Virus record (IMG/VR): IMGVR_UViG_3300015242_000001
Strand: one strand, 5' to 3'
DNA from: a virus
DNA: 64,000 bases
The notes under the pieces are model-generated. The model worked only from the letters and a program-made list of their open reading frames with translations. It was not told the origin of the DNA and did not search any database. Of this stretch, positions 60,001 through 64,000 are shown piece after piece; positions within the stretch are counted from its first letter, which is position 1; each line of letters starts with the position of its first letter. The translations under genes were made by a program, and so were the position numbers.

Positions 60001-60264
60001 ATGGCAAATCAACTGCAAGAATTTAAATCATTCGGTATACCTGTATGGATGCGTAAATATCTATATGGATCAATACTTACTGGCCTAATTACTTTTAATG
60101 TTATTCAATACGTTGAAAATAAAAAATGTAAAGATAAAATGTATCAAGAAATGAAATCAATTTTAGATAGAGAGCTTAAATTCGCTGAAGAGAGAGTAAG
60201 TGCTAAAATAGATAATACACAGAAGAAAGTAGACAGCCTAGATAACAAAATAAATAAGAAATAA
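60001..60264 (+). CDS. Membrane-anchored coiled-coil protein (possible lysis/spanin component)
   Basis: One hydrophobic helix (YLYGSILTGLITFNVIQY) followed by a coiled coil; ATG at 60001. Confidence 0.4.
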   Translation: MANQLQEFKSFGIPVWMRKYLYGSILTGLITFNVIQYVENKKCKDKMYQEMKSILDRELKFAEERVSAKIDNTQKKVDSLDNKINKK

Positions 60265-60548
60265 TGGAAATAATAAAAGCCGGACTAGGCTGTATCACAT
60301 TCTTATTTATTATGGTGGGGTTTACCTCCCCTAAGTCGTTATCAGGGAAGTGTGACGGATGTGACGCATATCTCTCTCAAAAAGATTCTATCACAATAAG
60401 TAGAGAATTTAAAAAGCCGATTGACTCCTTTACAGTCAAAAACCTGAAAAAAGTTGATCAATTAAACGATTCAATCAACAAAATAGAAACCAAGATAAAT
60501 GAAAATAGAAACCAAAGATCTTCCCCCCATACTAAGGGAAAACGATAG
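60264..60548 (+). CDS. N-terminally anchored coiled-coil protein (possible lysis/spanin component)
   Basis: Hydrophobic N-terminus, coiled-coil C-terminus; TAATG coupling. Confidence 0.4.
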   Translation: MEIIKAGLGCITFLFIMVGFTSPKSLSGKCDGCDAYLSQKDSITISREFKKPIDSFTVKNLKKVDQLNDSINKIETKINENRNQRSSPHTKGKR

Positions 60549-60792
60549 TTCTTACCTTCACTTTATAGAAGATTCTATTAATCATGCTGACCCCAGTGCA
60601 AACCTGTTTATAAGGCAGAATCTTGAAGGTTTGGTGTTCTCTATCCAACCGTCCCTGGAATCCACTAAACAGCCTTTAATTGATAATCTCTTACGTTCCC
60701 ACAGTAGACTTTTTCTGAAGATAAAATTCAGTTCATCTTTATCAATTCAGAAGCAAATTATTTTTTCAATTAAGTTCGATGAGATTTGGTAA
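60499..60792 (+). CDS. Hypothetical protein
   Basis: 97-aa ORF with ATG after an A-rich leader; overlaps the previous ORF. Confidence 0.55.
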   Translation: MKIETKDLPPILRENDSSYLHFIEDSINHADPSANLFIRQNLEGLVFSIQPSLESTKQPLIDNLLRSHSRLFLKIKFSSSLSIQKQIIFSIKFDEIW

Positions 60793-60816
60793 ATCTAATG
60801 ATATTTATTAGTTTTG
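60785..60816 (+). promoter_or_regulatory. Bacteroidota-type promoter
   Basis: TTTG (60785-88)-N20-TAGTTTTG (60809-16), full consensus. Confidence 0.75.
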
Positions 60817-60841
60817 CAGTATAAAATAGTAAAACCACAAT

Positions 60842-61153
60842 ATGGCAATAGTTAAAAAAATGGAAGAAAACCAACCAGTACCAGAAGTAGTAAAACCAAG
60901 TTTCCAGCCTGGAAAGCAGTACAGCTGGGGAGAAGGAGATAAATCTCAATGGACATTTAATGGCAATGAATTTGCAATTCTCTATAATGGGTTAGCTGCA
61001 TTTGTAAATACTCCGGAAGTAGTGAATACCTTACGAGTAGTGGATGCTTTTAAAGTACTTCAAGATGCGTTTATAAATGGCATTGCTGAAGGTGTTGTAA
61101 CAGAAGTACAGAATGATATTCCAATAGAACTCCCCACCACAGAAGAAGATTAA
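60842..61153 (+). CDS. Hypothetical protein (monocistronic, own promoter and terminator)
   Basis: 103-aa ORF between a consensus promoter and a terminator. Confidence 0.7.
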   Translation: MAIVKKMEENQPVPEVVKPSFQPGKQYSWGEGDKSQWTFNGNEFAILYNGLAAFVNTPEVVNTLRVVDAFKVLQDAFINGIAEGVVTEVQNDIPIELPTTEED

Positions 61154-61179
61154 TTCCCTGTCCTTATGAAAATCTGAAG

Positions 61180-61204
61180 GGTAGCCGTAATGGCTACCTT
61201 TTTT
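61180..61204 (+). terminator. Rho-independent terminator at the convergent strand switch
   Basis: GGTAGCC-GTAAT-GGCTACC followed by TTTTTT. Confidence 0.85.
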
Positions 61205-61391
61205 ATTTGTACCAACTTTCAAATACTTCCTTTATATCAGAAGTACACATAACCATACCAAAAACGAAGATAAATAGTGAAGTAGCAATAAGGTGTTTTA
61301 AAGAGAAGAAATTCTTGTAGTGTTCAGCTACTAATTGGGGACTTTCTATCATTGTAATGATAGCTGCGAGAATGTATAAGAACAATATCAT
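61203..61391 (-). CDS. Small two-helix membrane protein
   Basis: Two hydrophobic stretches; ATGA coupling to the upstream HNH gene. Confidence 0.5.
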   Translation of the reverse strand: MILFLYILAAIITMIESPQLVAEHYKNFFSLKHLIATSLFIFVFGMVMCTSDIKEVFESWYK

Positions 61392-61807
61392 GGAGAGGAT
61401 TTTAACAGGGATAAGTATCTTTCATGGGTTTTAGGGGTCTTAGTTATATCAGTTTCAACTTGAGAATGTACATCAGGGTGTAATAGGGCAATGTTCCATT
61501 TTTCATACTTGTATTGAGGATATTTTGACTTTGCCAGTATATGGTGCATCATTGTACTTAGAGGTACTTGTCCGAGATATAAACCAGTTTCTTCACAATA
61601 GTGTGGTCTTTCCTCCCAGATCTCCAGGAACATATTCCACATTCGTTCTATTGCTTGTTTATTCTCCTCGATTTCTTCCTTGGATTTCTTCCTTGGAGAT
61701 AGTTTCCCCCCAGATTTTAATGGTTTCTTTAAGGTATGATATTTGCAGAATTTACCAAAAGAGGGGTTATTACAGCCATCTAAGGCACACTTTTTATTAT
61801 TTTTCAA
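61388..61807 (-). CDS. HNH-family nuclease-like protein with N-terminal Zn finger
   Basis: CALDGC...FCKYH; YCEETG...MHHILAKSKYP...NIALLHPDVHS. Confidence 0.6.
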   Translation of the reverse strand: MKNNKKCALDGCNNPSFGKFCKYHTLKKPLKSGGKLSPRKKSKEEIEENKQAIERMWNMFLEIWEERPHYCEETGLYLGQVPLSTMMHHILAKSKYPQYKYEKWNIALLHPDVHSQVETDITKTPKTHERYLSLLKSSP

Positions 61808-61985
61808 TGGGTTTTAATTCGTATACTAATTCTTCCATAGCGGAAAGTATGCCCTCTTGTCTATATCCTAGAGTAATCATCAACCCTATAACAGAACGAA
61901 GAACATCATTTGTAGTAGAATCTTCATCAATGGTGCAATTTACTTTTGTACTGTATTGTTCAAAACTTATATTCATTTTATACAT
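61797..61985 (-). CDS. Hypothetical protein
   Basis: 62-aa ORF contiguous with the HNH gene. Confidence 0.5.
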   Translation of the reverse strand: MYKMNISFEQYSTKVNCTIDEDSTTNDVLRSVIGLMITLGYRQEGILSAMEELVYELKPIEK

Positions 61986-61990
61986 TTAAG

Positions 61991-62061
61991 CACGGATACA
62001 AGGAATCGGACCTCGACTAAATCTTTTGGAGAGATTTGTTCTACCATTAAACTATACCCGT
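61991..62061 (-). tRNA. trnW: tRNA-Trp (CCA)
   Basis: Cloverleaf ACGGGTA/TATCCGT-G; D arm GTTT/GAAC; anticodon loop CT-CCA-AA; T loop TCCGATT; 3' CCA not encoded. Confidence 0.85.
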
Positions 62062-62071
62062 ATATTAGTTG

Positions 62072-62142
62072 AACCAGCACCTCGTAATGATCGAGGATAT
62101 TCAGAGTCAAAATCTGACGTATTGCCATTATACTATACTGGT
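62072..62142 (-). tRNA. trnQ: tRNA-Gln (TTG), atypical T loop
   Basis: ACCAGTA/TGCTGGT-T; D arm GTAT/ATAC; TCAGA-TT-TTG-AC-TCTGA; T arm CCTCG-ATCATTA-CGAGG; 3' CCA not encoded. Confidence 0.8.
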
Positions 62143-62154
62143 AGATAAGCAAAA

Positions 62155-62307
62155 TTAGTTGTTTACCCAGCTTACAGCTTCTGTTTTCCTATTAGTGTAA
62201 AACGTAACGCGCTTACCGTTCACTGTCTTTCTTGCACGATACTTGTTCTTTTTACTGTTTACTATCTGCACTCCAGGTGCTACAGTGTTCTGTTGAAAAT
62301 TATTCAT
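62155..62307 (-). CDS. Small basic protein, AP2/Arm-like DNA-binding candidate (50 aa, not in ORF track)
   Basis: Hand translation: MNNFQQNTVAPGVQIVNSKKNKYRARKTVNGKRVTFYTNRKTEAVSWVNN. Confidence 0.55.
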   Translation of the reverse strand: MNNFQQNTVAPGVQIVNSKKNKYRARKTVNGKRVTFYTNRKTEAVSWVNN

Positions 62308-62319
62308 ATTTATTGGTTT

Positions 62320-62625
62320 TTATACTTTAGCAATTCTGATTCCGGTTCGTGGATGGTATGCATATTTAAAATATGCAGTATTAAATAAAGATGACATTTC
62401 ACATGTAAAAATGTCTATCTCCTTTTCTTCATCTATTACTTTATATCCACGCATTCTATTAATGTCAATTTGATCAGGGAGCATGGATATTGCAGTACCC
62501 CAATTTGCTATTGGTATCCAGATATCATAATCTCTTGGCTCTATATTTTCAGGGCACGCCGCACTACCTACAATCCACCCATCACAATAAGTAGTTAATC
62601 TTGAAACCAATCCAGGATATTTCAT
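62320..62625 (-). CDS. Minimal nucleotidyltransferase-like protein (Pol-beta superfamily)
   Basis: WIVGSAA-x7-RDYDIW...EIDIF fits hGS-x-DhD...hD. Confidence 0.55.
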   Translation of the reverse strand: MKYPGLVSRLTTYCDGWIVGSAACPENIEPRDYDIWIPIANWGTAISMLPDQIDINRMRGYKVIDEEKEIDIFTCEMSSLFNTAYFKYAYHPRTGIRIAKV

Positions 62626-62635
62626 TATTTAGTTT

Positions 62636-63082
62636 TTATAGTCTCCAAGTGTTATCCGAACTACCGAAGCCATTTGCACCGCGTCCAGTTTCTTCTAATT
62701 CATGTGTTTCCTCAAATTCAATATCTTCCAATTTCTCAATAATAATTTGCATAATTCTATCTCCAGGAGCATATAAATTTGGTTTATCTACCATTGAATA
62801 GAATACGGCTTTTATTTCACTAGAATCTTCAGCATTAATCCTTCCTACCGAATTAGCTAATACTAACCCACGCTTATAAATACTACTCCTTGGATAGATA
62901 TTCCCTACATATCCTACAGGTATCTGAATAGCCACCCCTGTACCACAAGTAAGGGTTTTAGCTGACTTATCATATACACTGGATATAGCAGTTAAATCAA
63001 ATCCAGCATCATTTTTATGAGCTTTAATTGGCTTTGCTGCGTTAGAGTTTAGTTTTTTAAAGTTGACTTTTAACATATTCAA
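62636..63082 (-). CDS. dut: Trimeric dUTPase-family protein with degenerate motif III
   Basis: AGFDL, PRSS, GDRIMQ and RGANGFGSS are intact; motif III reads GRINAEDSSE instead of G.ID.(G/D)Y.GE. Confidence 0.8.
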   Translation of the reverse strand: MNMLKVNFKKLNSNAAKPIKAHKNDAGFDLTAISSVYDKSAKTLTCGTGVAIQIPVGYVGNIYPRSSIYKRGLVLANSVGRINAEDSSEIKAVFYSMVDKPNLYAPGDRIMQIIIEKLEDIEFEETHELEETGRGANGFGSSDNTWRL

Positions 63083-63362
63083 TTAATAATTCTTTATGTT
63101 GTAATATAAGATCTGCTAATTTTGATTTTGCGCTATGTACAGTATCTACTTTGTTTGGGGATTTAGAAAAGTCCTCCCCATCAGCTGAGAATTTTATTCC
63201 AGATATTTTTAAAGGATTTGTAAAATTTTCTCCAATATAGGCGTATGTGATAATTCCAGAAATACCCGAATCATCTTCAAGAAAGCGTCTAGCATCAGGA
63301 AACGTCCGAGTATTCACATATACATAACAATCTTCACCTAAGTAAAAACTATCAGTATTCAT
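63057..63362 (-). CDS. Hypothetical protein, tandem paralogue family member
   Basis: Shares C-terminal AKSKL..LI...(K/R)ELL.EY.K with 63675. Confidence 0.6.
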   Translation of the reverse strand: MNTDSFYLGEDCYVYVNTRTFPDARRFLEDDSGISGIITYAYIGENFTNPLKISGIKFSADGEDFSKSPNKVDTVHSAKSKLADLILQHKELLIEYVKSQL

Positions 63363-63691
63363 GAGTTTTGTTTTATAATTTCTATTAATTGTTCTCTCTT
63401 TGATATTACTGCTTTTCTGAAGCTCGTTTCGGATTCCTCTCCCGCACTTTCATATGTTTTGTACCAGTTGCTATTAACTGGTACTCCCCAAGAAGTTAGT
63501 GTTATATCCTTCATAGTAAACATATGATAATTACATAACCCCAATGTAGCTTCATCATATGATTTACCGACATACATTATAATTTCCCCTTCTTCTCTAT
63601 CAGGTGTTATAATGGATTTGTACTCTATAGTATAATTCACATAATATCCATCACCAATGTCTATTACATCTTTTCTATCGAATGGAGTCAT
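63359..63691 (-). CDS. Hypothetical protein, tandem paralogue family member (more diverged)
   Basis: Similar length; ends KREQLIEIIKQNS. Confidence 0.55.
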   Translation of the reverse strand: MTPFDRKDVIDIGDGYYVNYTIEYKSIITPDREEGEIIMYVGKSYDEATLGLCNYHMFTMKDITLTSWGVPVNSNWYKTYESAGEESETSFRKAVISKREQLIEIIKQNS

Positions 63692-63974
63692 TTTTAAAGT
63701 ATTCTAGTAAAAGTTCTCTATTGTCTTTGATGAGGATTTCTAACTTTGATTTAGCATCTCTAAGAGCAATTTCACTTGAAATAGAGTTTACCGTAGATTC
63801 AATAAAATATACTCCATTAAGTATGAGTACTTTATTTTCTAACCCTATCCAAGCATTGGTCATAAATGTTAATGTTCTTTCAGTGGTTTTAGATTCAATA
63901 ACTCCAGAAATCGAGATCCAAAAAACATGTAAATTTATTCCCTCCTCTAAGTAATATGTATCATTCCCCTTCAT
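63675..63974 (-). CDS. Hypothetical protein, tandem paralogue family member
   Basis: Starts D(T/S)(Y/F)YL(E/G)E like 63057; ends AKSKLEILIKDNRELLLEYFK. Confidence 0.6.
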   Translation of the reverse strand: MKGNDTYYLEEGINLHVFWISISGVIESKTTERTLTFMTNAWIGLENKVLILNGVYFIESTVNSISSEIALRDAKSKLEILIKDNRELLLEYFKNDSIR

Positions 63975-64000
63975 GCTTGATCTTCCATTTTAATGAATTC

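Noticed and set aside
59962-60548. Firm holin/spanin assignment
   Set aside because: Only a TM-plus-coiled-coil pattern; no clear lipobox and no adjacent endolysin, so kept as low-confidence features
61525-61989. 154-aa + strand ORF (also 63682-63954 and 62601-62801)
   Set aside because: Antisense to a coherent, translationally coupled minus-strand gene block
1-64000. Stop-codon reassignment (TAG to Gln or TGA to Trp), known in some crAss-like phages
   Set aside because: Long genes are intact under the standard code; TAG, TAA and TGA all end genes at plausible boundaries; both tRNAs have sense anticodons

Overview
AT-rich fragment of a large crAss-like (Crassvirales-related) phage genome, most likely infecting a Bacteroidota host, judged by TTTG-N19-20-TAnnTTTG promoters and gene order. 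Bases 1-61.2 kb are the + strand virion module. It runs: terminase C-terminus, portal, free-standing GIY-YIG endonuclease, scaffold-like protein, major capsid protein, ring and auxiliary capsid proteins, a long fibre/spike block, a metallophosphoesterase, ring/IHF/muzzle genes, four cargo (ejection) proteins up to 3031 aa, and a glycosyltransferase/methyltransferase operon. Bases 61.2-64 kb are a convergent - strand block of small genes with two tRNAs, a nucleotidyltransferase-like ORF and an altered dUTPase. The most notable candidate system is phage-encoded protein O-glycosylation. Two GT2-type enzymes, a SAM methyltransferase and an enzyme resembling plant peptidyl-serine galactosyltransferase (GT96/SRGT1-HPAT) occur in a genome whose capsid and fibre proteins carry pure Thr/Ser mucin-like tracts. 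Other signals are a palindromic CTAAT-N7-ATTAG box at five promoters, a 43-bp identical segment shared by two fibre genes 31 kb apart, repeated xxGG motifs in cargo proteins, and a beta-helix plus esterase multi-enzyme fibre. All family assignments come from motif recognition by eye; no searches were run.
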